Shown here: positions 1-9,564 of the stretch, piece by piece
How positions within the stretch are numbered: the stretch's first letter is position 1
Layout: every line of letters starts with the position of its first letter
NCBI GenBank assembly: GCA_963578775.1
Contig: CAUZEG010000001.1
Location: 22,041-86,040 of the forward strand
Direction: 5' to 3'
Length of the DNA: 64,000 bases
Source: Myxococcales bacterium
Lineage (GTDB): Bacteria > Myxococcota_A > UBA9042 > UBA3505
Made by a program: the position numbers and the translations under genes
The notes under the pieces: generated by a model
Database searches by the model: none
What the model saw: only the letters and a program-made list of their open reading frames with translations
Told to the model about the DNA's origin: nothing

Positions 1-34
1 GGATGATATGTGGCGTCCAAAGACAACAAAACGT

Positions 35-112
35 TGGGGTGAGTGAGGGGAATTGAACCCCCGACCTCCTGAACCACAACCAGGCGCTCTAACCGACTGA
101 GCTACACCCACC
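35..112 (-). tRNA. tRNA-His (anticodon GTG), with the extra 5' G(-1) and an encoded CCA
   Basis: The reverse complement folds as a cloverleaf: acceptor GTGGGTG/CACTCAC, D-stem GCTC/GAGC, anticodon stem CCTGG/TCAGG with loop TTGTGGT, and T-arm GGGGG-TTCAATT-CCCCT. G-1 opposite discriminator C is the His hallmark. Confidence 0.88.
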
Positions 113-170
113 ATAGTTAGGTAGCCAATACCCAAAACCAACAAAATCAAAGAGCAGGAAGATTAACAGG

Positions 171-244
171 CACGCCTGAGAGGATTCGAACCTCTGACCC
201 ACGGATTAGAAGTCCGTTGCTCTATCCTGCTGAGCTACAGGCGC
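171..244 (-). tRNA. tRNA-Arg (anticodon TCT)
   Basis: The reverse complement gives acceptor GCGCCTG/CAGGCGT (G1-U72 wobble), D-stem GCTC/GAGC, anticodon stem ACGGA/TCCGT with loop CTTCTAA, and T-arm AGAGG-TTCGAAT-CCTCT. CCA is not fully encoded. Confidence 0.85.
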
Positions 245-495
245 CTAAAGCGTGGTGGCGGTTTATAGGCAGGATGAGAAAGGGTGTCAAGCATGCGGCC
301 CTCATCTCCCAATACGACGGGCTGTGATGCAATTCTTGCTCAAATCCCCTGGGGTATAAGTCGAGAAAAATTACACTTCATCCGACCGGAATTGTTGGTC
401 CGAAAAAAAAAAGTTGTTCAAGGCTGGAAACATATGCGCCGAATTCTGCATTGTATAGATAGACGCATTGGCGTTTTTTCTGAATCGAGGTAGTC

Positions 496-1215
496 ATGCT
501 TGTAGCGGTCGTAAGCGATATGCATCTGGGACGACGAGATCGTCTGGATCGCTTTGATCGGACGCCTGACTCCGTTTCTCGATTCAATAATCTACTGCGC
601 TATCTCGAGAACAATGTGGATCGGATCGTCCTTCTGGGTGATGTATTTGAAACATTGCGAGGTCGTAGTCCCCGCTCTGCCCAGGATGAGCTCAGGGGTG
701 TAATACAAGCCTACCCGGAGATTTCCAACCGAATCTTCGACAATCCCCAATACAAGTATATCCATGGCAATCACGATCTCGTAGCCGGCACAATGGGGAT
801 ACCCGACTTCCATCTGATTGATGAAGATGGCATGCGGATGCTCTTTTTTCATGGACATCAGCTCGATCCCATTTCCCGAGGTCAGGCTAAAATGAGCCAG
901 TTCTTCATATGGCTCGGTGGTTGGCTTGAAAGAATGGGATTCGGCATTACGAGTAGGCTCGATGGTAGCCCGAATTCCAAGGTTCTCGTCGAGACTCCCA
1001 AACCGGGTCGTTTTGAACAGGCCGCAGTGCTAATGGCTAAGGGCGTTGGTGCGGATGTGGTGGTTACCGGTCATACCCATCGGGCCAAGCGACTCGAAAT
1101 CGGCGATCACCTGTACCTGAACAGCGGGACATGTGTCTCCGGTCGCCGTGAGTTGCTTCTCCTGGACACGGCTGCAAAGATCTTCCGCGTTGTGCGAGAA
1201 CCCGACTTCGTGTGA
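496..1215 (+). CDS. Calcineurin-like metallophosphoesterase (LpxH-like fold)
   Basis: 239 aa with VVSDMHLG, GNHD, FFHGHQLD and VVTGHTHR metal-binding motifs. Confidence 0.8.
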   Translation: MLVAVVSDMHLGRRDRLDRFDRTPDSVSRFNNLLRYLENNVDRIVLLGDVFETLRGRSPRSAQDELRGVIQAYPEISNRIFDNPQYKYIHGNHDLVAGTMGIPDFHLIDEDGMRMLFFHGHQLDPISRGQAKMSQFFIWLGGWLERMGFGITSRLDGSPNSKVLVETPKPGRFEQAAVLMAKGVGADVVVTGHTHRAKRLEIGDHLYLNSGTCVSGRRELLLLDTAAKIFRVVREPDFV

Positions 1216-1220
1216 ATCGA

Positions 1221-1775
1221 TTAGCGAATTCGCAGCGGTTCCCTACTGATCTTTTCTTGTAGAGCTATGAGCCCGTCCAGAACCTGTTCGGGTCGTGGTG
1301 GGCAGCCGGGAATGTAGACGTCGACGGGCACGACATGGTCGATTCCCGGTACTGTGGCGTAGTTGTCGTAGAACCCACCGGTACTGGCACAAACCCCGAA
1401 CGCGATAACCCATTTGGGCTCCGCCATCTGGTCGTAGACTCTGCGGAGTACTGGCGCTTGCTTATGAGTGACCGTGCCAACCACGATCAGAAGATCCGCC
1501 TGGCGAGGGGAAAAACGGGGGATTTCAGCGCCAAAGCGTGCGATGTCGTAATGGGACCCTGCTGTCGACATATACTCCATGGCACAGCAGGCCGTCACAA
1601 AGGGATATTGAAAGAGCGAGTTTTTTCGCGCCCAATTGACCATAGTGGCCAGCTTCGTTGTATGGGCAACCCCGTCCATATCCGGATTGCGGAGAGCCGC
1701 ATCGGGATCAGGAAAGGCAGTTTCCGGCTTAGAAACCTGATGGACCGGCCATTTAGCTGTGGGTTCGTCTGCCAT
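1221..1775 (-). CDS. nuoB: NADH-quinone oxidoreductase subunit B-like (NuoB/20 kDa, N2 cluster subunit)
   Basis: 184 aa with CCAMEYM, GGFYDNY and PGCPPRPE motifs. It is orphan: no other nuo gene is adjacent. Confidence 0.85.
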   Translation of the reverse strand: MADEPTAKWPVHQVSKPETAFPDPDAALRNPDMDGVAHTTKLATMVNWARKNSLFQYPFVTACCAMEYMSTAGSHYDIARFGAEIPRFSPRQADLLIVVGTVTHKQAPVLRRVYDQMAEPKWVIAFGVCASTGGFYDNYATVPGIDHVVPVDVYIPGCPPRPEQVLDGLIALQEKISREPLRIR

Positions 1776-1781
1776 ATCGGG

Positions 1782-2222
1782 TTACCCCGCCTGCATGAAC
1801 TCAAGAAAAGGAGTATCCCGGTCGATTAAAATCGCACCCTTGGCACAGACCGTTTCGCAGAGCTTACAGGATACGCAGCTTTTTTCGTGGACCCGGACGA
1901 CTCGCCAGAACAGTGCATTCGGATCATCTTCCAGGGTAATACAGTCGAATGGGCAGATATCGATGCAGTACTCGCAGGCGGTGCAGAGTTCATCGATGAC
2001 ATACGCACGTGGAATATCCTTCGCTTTTTTGACCGGCGGTACGAATCCTGTGGGGTCGGCAATCGCTTCCACCGGGCACCAGGCTGCGCAGACGCCACAA
2101 TCGATACAGATGCTGTCATCGATGTAGAAAAGTTCCTTGTTCTCACCGTGGATACAGAACACCGGGCACTTCTGCGCACAGACAGTGCAACCGATGCAGT
2201 TTTCCATGATGAAATGCGGCAT
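1782..2222 (-). CDS. Ferredoxin with four [4Fe-4S] binding motifs
   Basis: 146 aa with four CxxCxxCxxxC(P/A) motifs (CIGCTVCAQKCP, CIDCGVCAAWCP, CTACEYCIDICP, CVSCKLCETVCA). There is a 6-bp gap to nuoB. Confidence 0.8.
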   Translation of the reverse strand: MPHFIMENCIGCTVCAQKCPVFCIHGENKELFYIDDSICIDCGVCAAWCPVEAIADPTGFVPPVKKAKDIPRAYVIDELCTACEYCIDICPFDCITLEDDPNALFWRVVRVHEKSCVSCKLCETVCAKGAILIDRDTPFLEFMQAG

Positions 2223-2372
2223 TCGCCACCTCTTTCGACTTTTCTTAGTCTGGAAATGGATTCTTAGTATTACACTTTATGTACCGGAGCGGACAAAGTT
2301 CTTCAACTATCACGTCCAGGAGAGGTTGGATTTATACCAGAATATTGGCGCAGGTGCCATGTTTTCCCCAGA

Positions 2373-3767
2373 TTAGCGCGGTAAGATGTGGACGGCCTCG
2401 CCCAGGGCGACCAGAGCGGCTTCCATGATGGATTCGCTCAGGGTCGGATGGGGGTGAATCGTTGCCGCTACGTCGTCCAGCATGGCTCCCATTTCGATGG
2501 ACAGGGTTCCCTCGGCGATCAGATCCGAAACCGCGTGCCCAACCGCCTGCACGCCAAGGATTGCTCCAGAATCTCGTTCTGCGACGATTTTCACGAAGCC
2601 CCGGGTATGATTCATGGTCATTGCACGTCCGCTGGCCGCAAACGGGAACTTGCCGACAACCACGTCGTTTCCTGCGTCTCGGGCCTCTTTCTCCGTCAAC
2701 CCGGTCATGGCGATCTCTGGGTCTGTGAAGACGACCGCGGGGATGGCGGCGGCGTCAAAAGCGGCTGGCTTGCCTGCCATAACGTCGGCGCAGACTTCGC
2801 CCATCTTGCTGGCCCGATGGGCGAGCATCGGGTTTCCCGTTACGTCGCCGATGGCATATACGCCCTCGACCCCAGTCTCAAGGCGGTCATTGACCGGGAT
2901 GAATCCACGATCGTCGGGAGTCAACCCTATCCGGTCCAGCCCGAGGTCATCCGAATTGGGTCGCCTGCCGACGGTTACGAGAACCCGGTCAGCCGGAACT
3001 TCGATGGGACCGGTCTTGGTTTCAACATCCAGAACCAAGGCGTTTTTCGTCTCCCGAAATCCGGCTGCTTTTGCGTTGGTAAGTACGTTGACCTTTTGTT
3101 CGCGAAGGCGACGCATAAGGGGCTGGACAAGATCTTTTGGCATGGTCGGCAAGAGTCCCGCTGTTGCCTCGATAACCGTGACGTCGGTGCCGAGCCCGGC
3201 GTAGACCTGGCCGAGTTCGATTCCGATATAACCCCCACCGATCACAGCGAGCTTTCCCGGAATCATATTCGATTCCAGCGCTCTCGTGCTGTCCCAGATC
3301 CGTTCATCGGAGAGGGGGAAGGATGGAATGTTGATGGGAGATGATCCGGTGGCCAGGACAATATTACGAGCCTTGATTGTCTCGGTGGAACCGTCGGACT
3401 TTGTCATCTCAATCGTGCCAGGCCCCGAAAACCGGGCCCGACCCATCTTTATTTCAGCGCCATTTCCGGAGACAAGACGCTCGATTCCCTTGGTTAGTCG
3501 CGAGACGATGTCAGCGCGCCACTTCTGTAGTTTTTCGATGTTGATAATGGGGGACTGAAACTCGATGCCCATATCCGCAGCTTCATTCTGGATTTGCGCT
3601 ACATGGGCCGCATGAATAAGCGCTTTGCTGGGGATACAGCCGACATTCAAACACACTCCACCCATATATTTTTCGTCAATGAGAAGGGTTTTTAGGCCAT
3701 TCTGCGCCGAGCGGATGGCGGTTACATATCCGCCAGGGCCCGAACCAATAATCACAGCATCATACAT
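2373..3767 (-). CDS. lpd: Dihydrolipoyl dehydrogenase (E3)
   Basis: The ORF reads MYDAVIIGSGPGGY...GGVCLNVGCIPSKAL with a C-terminal HAHPTLSE. The start is taken at the internal Met (465 aa) rather than the 493-aa ORF start. Confidence 0.9.
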   Translation of the reverse strand: MYDAVIIGSGPGGYVTAIRSAQNGLKTLLIDEKYMGGVCLNVGCIPSKALIHAAHVAQIQNEAADMGIEFQSPIINIEKLQKWRADIVSRLTKGIERLVSGNGAEIKMGRARFSGPGTIEMTKSDGSTETIKARNIVLATGSSPINIPSFPLSDERIWDSTRALESNMIPGKLAVIGGGYIGIELGQVYAGLGTDVTVIEATAGLLPTMPKDLVQPLMRRLREQKVNVLTNAKAAGFRETKNALVLDVETKTGPIEVPADRVLVTVGRRPNSDDLGLDRIGLTPDDRGFIPVNDRLETGVEGVYAIGDVTGNPMLAHRASKMGEVCADVMAGKPAAFDAAAIPAVVFTDPEIAMTGLTEKEARDAGNDVVVGKFPFAASGRAMTMNHTRGFVKIVAERDSGAILGVQAVGHAVSDLIAEGTLSIEMGAMLDDVAATIHPHPTLSESIMEAALVALGEAVHILPR

Positions 3768-3792
3768 CTTGAAAACCTTGATTCCGTGCGAA

Positions 3793-4965
3793 CTAGAAAG
3801 GGCGCTCCCAGGGTGGTTGGTCTGCATCCATTGGAGTAGGCGCGTAACTCTCATCGATGTGAATAGCGTTTTGTTTCGCCTGACGTTTCAGGTGATCGGG
3901 GACCTGCGCGAAGACGTCTTGAAACATACTACCGATAGGCGGGATAGGTCTGTCTCCAGCCAGGGTTACAACATCCTTTACGTCCTGAATATAGCGGCTC
4001 GACAAAGCCTCGTCCTGTTCGGCCGTCATCAACTCTCGAGCAATCAGATAGGCTCGCAATCGTCGAATCGGGTCACGCTCCGTGGCCCATACCTCGGTTA
4101 CGGACTCATCCCGATAGCGAGATGGATCGTCGCTCGTGCTATGTGCGCCGACCCGGTAGGTCAGGGCCTCGATAAAGGTGGGCCCCTCACCGGACCGTGC
4201 CCGTGCCACGGCCTCTGTACAGACGTCGTGAACGCCAAGCAGGTCATTGCCGTCCACGCGTATGCCGATCATACCGTAGGCCTGGGCTTTCTCTGCAATC
4301 GTGTCGGTCGCCATTTGGCTGTCGACCGGGGTGGAGATGGCCCATTGATTATTCTGACATATGAGCACCATGGGTGCTTTCCAGAGGGCAGCAAAATTCA
4401 TGGCAATATGGAAGTCGGCCTCAGCCGTTCCCCCGTCGCCCATATAGGCCATAACGACTCGATCTGTACCTTTCTGCCGTTCGGCATAGGCCATGCCGAC
4501 CGCTTGTGGCAACTGGTTGGCTACCGGGCTCGACAGGCTCAGATGGCCGATGGATTTGTCGCTATAGTGGCATGGCATCTGTCGACCACCACAACGATCG
4601 GCGTCATTGCCCCAGACCTGGTTGATATAGGCTCGAAGCGGGTAGCCTCGCAATAATGCAGCGGGCCCTTCCCGAAGGGCAGGAACGCAGAGATCCCCCT
4701 CGTCAAGGGTGAGTGCGCTTCCGATTATCGCGGCTTCCTGGCCACGACAGCTGCCGTAAAAAGAGATACGGCCCTGGCGCTGAAGGTTTAGCATCTGTGC
4801 GTCCATAATCCGCACGAATCGCATCAAACGATAGCTGCGAAGCAGATCGGAATCGGAGGGCAGATGCGCCGCCTCCTGGGCCAATGTACCGTCGGGATTG
4901 AGCACACGAACAAGAGCCTCGCCATCGTCCGAAGTTGCGCCTGTTATGACTTCGTAGGAGTTCAA
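3793..4965 (-). CDS. 2-oxoacid dehydrogenase E1 component alpha subunit (TPP-dependent), second paralog
   Basis: 390 aa with LQRQGRISFY, a GDGG TPP-binding motif and NNQWAIST. It is a paralog of the E1alpha at 7247-8356. Confidence 0.85.
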   Translation of the reverse strand: MNSYEVITGATSDDGEALVRVLNPDGTLAQEAAHLPSDSDLLRSYRLMRFVRIMDAQMLNLQRQGRISFYGSCRGQEAAIIGSALTLDEGDLCVPALREGPAALLRGYPLRAYINQVWGNDADRCGGRQMPCHYSDKSIGHLSLSSPVANQLPQAVGMAYAERQKGTDRVVMAYMGDGGTAEADFHIAMNFAALWKAPMVLICQNNQWAISTPVDSQMATDTIAEKAQAYGMIGIRVDGNDLLGVHDVCTEAVARARSGEGPTFIEALTYRVGAHSTSDDPSRYRDESVTEVWATERDPIRRLRAYLIARELMTAEQDEALSSRYIQDVKDVVTLAGDRPIPPIGSMFQDVFAQVPDHLKRQAKQNAIHIDESYAPTPMDADQPPWERPF

Positions 4966-4976
4966 ACCACGGTTCC

Positions 4977-6227
4977 TTAACGTAGATCGAGCAATAGACG
5001 GGATGGATTCTCTAAAACGTTGCGAACCACCTGAACAAACGCGGCCCCCACATGCCCATCAATGAGTCGATGATCAAACGAGCAGGCGACATTCATTACA
5101 GGTCGAATCACGATTTCCCCGTCGTGAACGACGGGACGGTCTTTGATTTGATGGATGCCCAGGATCGCAACCTCTGGGTAGTTGATGATGGGTGTCGCCA
5201 GTACCCCACCGATGGGGCCAAGGCTGGTGATGGTGAAGGTGCTTCCTTTCAACTCATCGGGGCTCAACTTGCCATTTCGGCCTCGCTCGGCCAGGTCGGT
5301 GATTTCCTGAGCGATCTCCAGGATCGACTTCTGGTCGGCATCTCTAACGACGGGCACCATAAGTCCTTGATCGGACGCCAGGGCTACTCCGATATGGTAT
5401 CGATGCTTGGTTATTATTTCGCCCGCTGCTTCATCAAGGGAGGCATTCAGGCTGGGAAAGGATTTCAGTCCCTGGACGCACGCTTTGACGATGAAGGGAA
5501 GATAGCTGAGACGTACGCCACGTTCCGAGGCCTCGTCCTTGAGAGCCGTACGAGTTGCTACAAGCTCGTAACAGTCCACCTCTTCCACATAGGTGAAATG
5601 GGCCGCATGATCGAGTGACTCTCGCATGGCTGCCGAAATGATCTTTCGGACCCCGCGCAGAGGTGTACGCGTCTCATCTGGACCGGCCGGGACCGATGTC
5701 GGGGCTTTTACGGTCGTCGGGGCAACGGTTGGGCTGCCACCATCGATGGCTGTCAGCACATCTTCGCGGGTAATACGACCACCAGGCCCTGTACCGGTTA
5801 CCGCGTGGATGTCCACTCCCTTCTCTCGGGCCAGTTTTCGTGTGGCTGGGGCAGCGCGTACCGTTCCACCATTTGATTTCCCAGTTGCCTTTTTTGCGTC
5901 TGTTTTTGCTTTCTTCGCAGTAGGAGCTGGCTTTTCTGGGGCTTTTTCTGGGGCCTTGGGCGCTTCGGTTTTGGCCGGGGCGGACGATCCGCTCACTGTA
6001 ATGGTCATCAGGACATTCCCAACGGGGCAAGAGGCTCCTTCCGGATAGCCTTGCTTCAAAAGTGTGCCCTTTTTGGGTGATGGAATCTCAACCGTCGCTT
6101 TGTCGGTCTGAACTTCCACGATGGGTTGATCTTCGACGATGGACTCGCCTTCGCCCACTAGCCAACGTACGATTTCGCCTTCAACGACGCCTTCGCCGAT
6201 ATCTGGCAACTTGAATTCGTATTCCAT
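4977..6227 (-). CDS. Dihydrolipoamide acyltransferase (E2)
   Basis: Lipoyl domain (EFKLPDIGEG...VQTDKATVEIPS), Ala/Pro/Lys-rich linker, E3-binding region and catalytic DHRLIDG. The start is taken at the internal MEYEF Met (about 417 aa). Confidence 0.88.
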   Translation of the reverse strand: MEYEFKLPDIGEGVVEGEIVRWLVGEGESIVEDQPIVEVQTDKATVEIPSPKKGTLLKQGYPEGASCPVGNVLMTITVSGSSAPAKTEAPKAPEKAPEKPAPTAKKAKTDAKKATGKSNGGTVRAAPATRKLAREKGVDIHAVTGTGPGGRITREDVLTAIDGGSPTVAPTTVKAPTSVPAGPDETRTPLRGVRKIISAAMRESLDHAAHFTYVEEVDCYELVATRTALKDEASERGVRLSYLPFIVKACVQGLKSFPSLNASLDEAAGEIITKHRYHIGVALASDQGLMVPVVRDADQKSILEIAQEITDLAERGRNGKLSPDELKGSTFTITSLGPIGGVLATPIINYPEVAILGIHQIKDRPVVHDGEIVIRPVMNVACSFDHRLIDGHVGAAFVQVVRNVLENPSRLLLDLR

Positions 6228-6237
6228 TCTACACTCC

Positions 6238-7215
6238 TTACGCGTAGGTGGCTGTTTCGATGATGGCCGGAAGGATACGATTGGCCAGAGGAAGATAATC
6301 GTGTTCCAGGGTGTAGGGGAACGGTGTGTCGTAACCCGTGACACGAGCAATCGGCGCTTCCAGACTATCGAAGGCATCTTCCATGATCTGAGAGATTATC
6401 TCGGTTCCAAATCCCAGGGTGCGGGGGGCTTCATAGACGATAACGGCCCGGCCCGTTTTTTGAACGCTTTCGATGACGGTGTCTACGTCCCAGGGGACCA
6501 GAGAGCGCAGGTCTATCACTTCACAGTTTATATTCTGTTCGGCGGCCTGCTCGGCAGCCTTTGTCGCTTCTTGGACCATAGCTCCCCAGGACACCAATGT
6601 AAGATCTGTGCCTTCTCGAACAATGGAGGCTTTACCAATCGGGATTCGGTACGCCTCGTCCGGTACCTCGCCCTGGGCGGCTCTGTACACTCGTTTGGGC
6701 TCAAAGAAGATAACCGGATCCGGATCCTCGATGCTCTCAAGAAGCAGGCCCTTTGCATCATACGGGTTACTTGGCATCACAACCTTGAGACCCGGGGTAT
6801 GGGCAAAGTAGGTCTCTGGGCTCTGGCTATGGTACAGGCCACCCCGGATTCCACCACCGCTGGGGGTTCGTATCACCATGGGTACAGTCCATTCCCCGCC
6901 ACTGCGATAGCGCATCTTGGCTGCCTCATTCACGATCTGATCAAAGGCCGGGAAGATAAAGTCGGAGAACTGGATCTCGGCGACGGGTTTCAGGCCATTC
7001 AGGGCCATCCCGATGGCGGTTCCGATGATTCCACCTTCGGATAGCGGTGTATCGATAACCCGGTCGTCGCCGAAACGTTCTTGAAGCCCCAATGTGGCCC
7101 GAAAGACTCCGCCGAAGCGTCCAATATCCTCGCCCATGACCACGACGGACTTATCATGCTCCATGGCGTGGTTGAGCCCCGAGTTAATCGCTTGAATGAT
7201 ATTCATATGTGGCAT
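6238..7215 (-). CDS. 2-oxoacid dehydrogenase E1 component beta subunit
   Basis: Transketolase-like fold (MNIIQAINSGL...VVMGEDIG...). The start is at an internal Met of the 339-aa ORF. Confidence 0.85.
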   Translation of the reverse strand: MPHMNIIQAINSGLNHAMEHDKSVVVMGEDIGRFGGVFRATLGLQERFGDDRVIDTPLSEGGIIGTAIGMALNGLKPVAEIQFSDFIFPAFDQIVNEAAKMRYRSGGEWTVPMVIRTPSGGGIRGGLYHSQSPETYFAHTPGLKVVMPSNPYDAKGLLLESIEDPDPVIFFEPKRVYRAAQGEVPDEAYRIPIGKASIVREGTDLTLVSWGAMVQEATKAAEQAAEQNINCEVIDLRSLVPWDVDTVIESVQKTGRAVIVYEAPRTLGFGTEIISQIMEDAFDSLEAPIARVTGYDTPFPYTLEHDYLPLANRILPAIIETATYA

Positions 7216-7246
7216 TGGTTGTCTCCCTACCGGGCGATAGCGGGGG

Positions 7247-8356
7247 TCAGGTATCAAACCTACGGGCGTAGGCCTGTTGTTTCTTGAGGGATGGTGTCAG
7301 GTCTGCAAAAACATCTTCAAACATGCTGTCTATAGAGGGACGCGATTTGCTCTCGGCCGTATTTACGGCGTTGATAATCTCGGTAGAGATCGTCTCGGCA
7401 ATTTGTTTTTCGCTCTCGTCCGTGACCAGCCCCTTGGCCTGTAGGAGCTTACGGAGGCGCACCAGTGGCTCCAGATGAGTATGTTGGTCATATTCATCCT
7501 GGGACCGATATTTGCTGGGATCGTCCGATGTGCTGTGGGGGCCAAGTCGGTAGGTGACCGCCTCGATGAGCGTCGGTCCTTCACCACGCCGAGCACGTTC
7601 AGCCGCATCTCGGACGGCTTTCGTCATTGCGTAGACATCGTTACCATCCACTCGGATTCCCGGCATCCCATAGGCCTTCGCCTTTACATGAAATGTCGCG
7701 GTTGCTGTCTGAACGGTGGTGGGTTCACTGATCGCCCAGCCGTTATTTCGCAGTACGAAGATCGCGGGAACCTTGTAGACAGCGGCGAAATTCAAGCCCA
7801 CATGGAAATCACCTTCGGACGATGTACCGTCGCCAAAGAAGCATAGGGATACCTGGTCAAGACCACGGATCTTGGCTGCCCATGCGGAGCCTGTACATTG
7901 CGGAATCTGGGTCCCGACTGGACTTGAAATCGACATAAGATTGAATTCACGACCGCTGTGGTGGTTGGGCATCTGACGGCCCTTCGAATTGTCGTCCGCG
8001 TTGCCGAATAGCTGGTCTACAAATGTCTGGAGTGGGAATCCTCGATAGAGGGCCGGGCCGACTTCGCGATAGGCCGGGAAAATCAGGTCGGTATCACGGA
8101 GCGCATAGGCGGCACATACATGGGTTACCTCTTCGCCGTTGGTCCCAATGTAGAATCCAATACGGCCTTGCCGTTGCAGCTTGACCATGCGGTCTTCAAG
8201 CACCCGAATACGCACGATCTGCCGGAAGAGCTCGAGGAGGTCGTCATCCGAAATTTCCGGGAGGTCCTCTCGCACAAAGGTCCCGTCAGGATTCAGAAAC
8301 TGAAGCATCTCCTGTTTCTTGGACTTGATGTCGATTGGTGTGACGCTATCAGCCAT
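7247..8356 (-). CDS. 2-oxoacid dehydrogenase E1 component alpha subunit
   Basis: 369 aa with LQRQGRIGFY, FGDGTSSEGDFHVGLNFAAV and RNNGWAIS. Confidence 0.88.
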   Translation of the reverse strand: MADSVTPIDIKSKKQEMLQFLNPDGTFVREDLPEISDDDLLELFRQIVRIRVLEDRMVKLQRQGRIGFYIGTNGEEVTHVCAAYALRDTDLIFPAYREVGPALYRGFPLQTFVDQLFGNADDNSKGRQMPNHHSGREFNLMSISSPVGTQIPQCTGSAWAAKIRGLDQVSLCFFGDGTSSEGDFHVGLNFAAVYKVPAIFVLRNNGWAISEPTTVQTATATFHVKAKAYGMPGIRVDGNDVYAMTKAVRDAAERARRGEGPTLIEAVTYRLGPHSTSDDPSKYRSQDEYDQHTHLEPLVRLRKLLQAKGLVTDESEKQIAETISTEIINAVNTAESKSRPSIDSMFEDVFADLTPSLKKQQAYARRFDT

Positions 8357-9383
8357 CGTGTTCTCCCGCAGGGGTGACCTTTGCTGGACCGGAACCAGTA
8401 CCGGTCAGGACCCGAAATGGATTCGCAGTTGCTGTGATAGCGTTCTGACGCCCCAGTTGAGCAAGGCGGTGAAAGGAACCTGCTTTGTAGGAGGAACGGA
8501 CCAATGGTCCGGACGCGACATATTTGAAGCCTTTTAGGAGTCCCATATGTTCGTAATATTGAAACTGCTCCGGCGGGATATAGTCCGCTACGGCCAGGTG
8601 CTTTTGACTCGGTCGTAGGTATTGCCCAACCGTCAAAGCATCCACACCAACGGACCGCAGGTCATCCATGGTTTCCAGCACTTCGTCTTCCGTCTCTCCT
8701 AGACCGACCATAATCGACGACTTGGTGGGCAGAGACGGATTGAGGTCCTTTACGCGACGTAGCAGTTCTAGACTCTGCTCGTAGGACGCGCGCTTGTCGC
8801 GGACCCTTCGTGTAAGTCTTCGGCATGTCTCGACGTTATGCGCCAGCATATCGGGCTGCGCGGAAACAATGGTATTCAGGGATTCCAGCCGGCCCGCCAG
8901 ATCACCGATTAGAACCTCTACCAGGGTTTCGGATGAGAAGCTTCGAATGGCCTGAATGGTGGCCGCAAAGTGGGACGCTCCGCTGTCGGGAAGGTCATCG
9001 CGATCGACACTGGTGACAACGATGTATCGCGCTGCCATAGCGGCCACGGCTCGGGCTGTGTTCTCTGGTTCATCGAGATCAAGGGCTCCACCCGGGTTTC
9101 CGGTGGTTACGGCGCAGAAGCGACAACCACGGGTACAGATGCCGCCCATAATCATGATGGTTGCAGTCCCTTCGTTCCAGCATTCGGCAAGATTGGGACA
9201 GCGCGCTTCTTCACAAACGGTGAAGAGGTCTTTTGCACGTAGATCTTTCTTCAGGCGAACCAGGGTCTCACCTGCAAGCGGACGAATTTTCAGCCAATCG
9301 GGCTTGGGGGCACGATGACTGATCTTCGCTGGGCTGGATTCCCAGGAAGCTGATCTGGTTGGTCGGCTTACAACCACCTTCAA
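8349..9383 (-). CDS. lipA: Lipoyl synthase
   Basis: PKPDWLK, CEEARCPNLAECW and the radical-SAM motif CTRGCRFCAV. It overlaps the E1alpha start by 8 bp. Confidence 0.9.
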   Translation of the reverse strand: MKVVVSRPTRSASWESSPAKISHRAPKPDWLKIRPLAGETLVRLKKDLRAKDLFTVCEEARCPNLAECWNEGTATIMIMGGICTRGCRFCAVTTGNPGGALDLDEPENTARAVAAMAARYIVVTSVDRDDLPDSGASHFAATIQAIRSFSSETLVEVLIGDLAGRLESLNTIVSAQPDMLAHNVETCRRLTRRVRDKRASYEQSLELLRRVKDLNPSLPTKSSIMVGLGETEDEVLETMDDLRSVGVDALTVGQYLRPSQKHLAVADYIPPEQFQYYEHMGLLKGFKYVASGPLVRSSYKAGSFHRLAQLGRQNAITATANPFRVLTGTGSGPAKVTPAGEHDG

Positions 9384-9564
9384 CTCCAGTTGCTATCGAT
9401 CGGGCTTGGTTGAGTACAGGCGCACGGCGTCCCGTCTCGGGTCCTATACGCGCACGACACATTGCGCGCAAAGACTGAATTCGGGCAGAAACCTATATCC
9501 CGACAGCCCGGAGTGTCAAGCTACAGACGGCTTCCGGGGCGCTCCACAAGGCCCTGCGCATGCA

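Noticed and set aside
284-493. 69-aa plus-strand ORF between tRNA-Arg and the metallophosphoesterase
   Set aside because: There is no RBS or motif; the region is the likely promoter for the downstream gene.
2388-3344. 318-aa plus-strand ORF (plus 2462-2728 and 2614-3204) overlapping lpd
   Set aside because: It is antisense to a confidently identified lpd and has an Arg/Gly/His-rich composition typical of shadow frames in GC-rich DNA, with no motif.
3625-4656. 343-aa plus-strand ORF antisense to the E1alpha' and lpd genes
   Set aside because: It is a shadow ORF spanning two real minus-strand genes and their intergenic gap.
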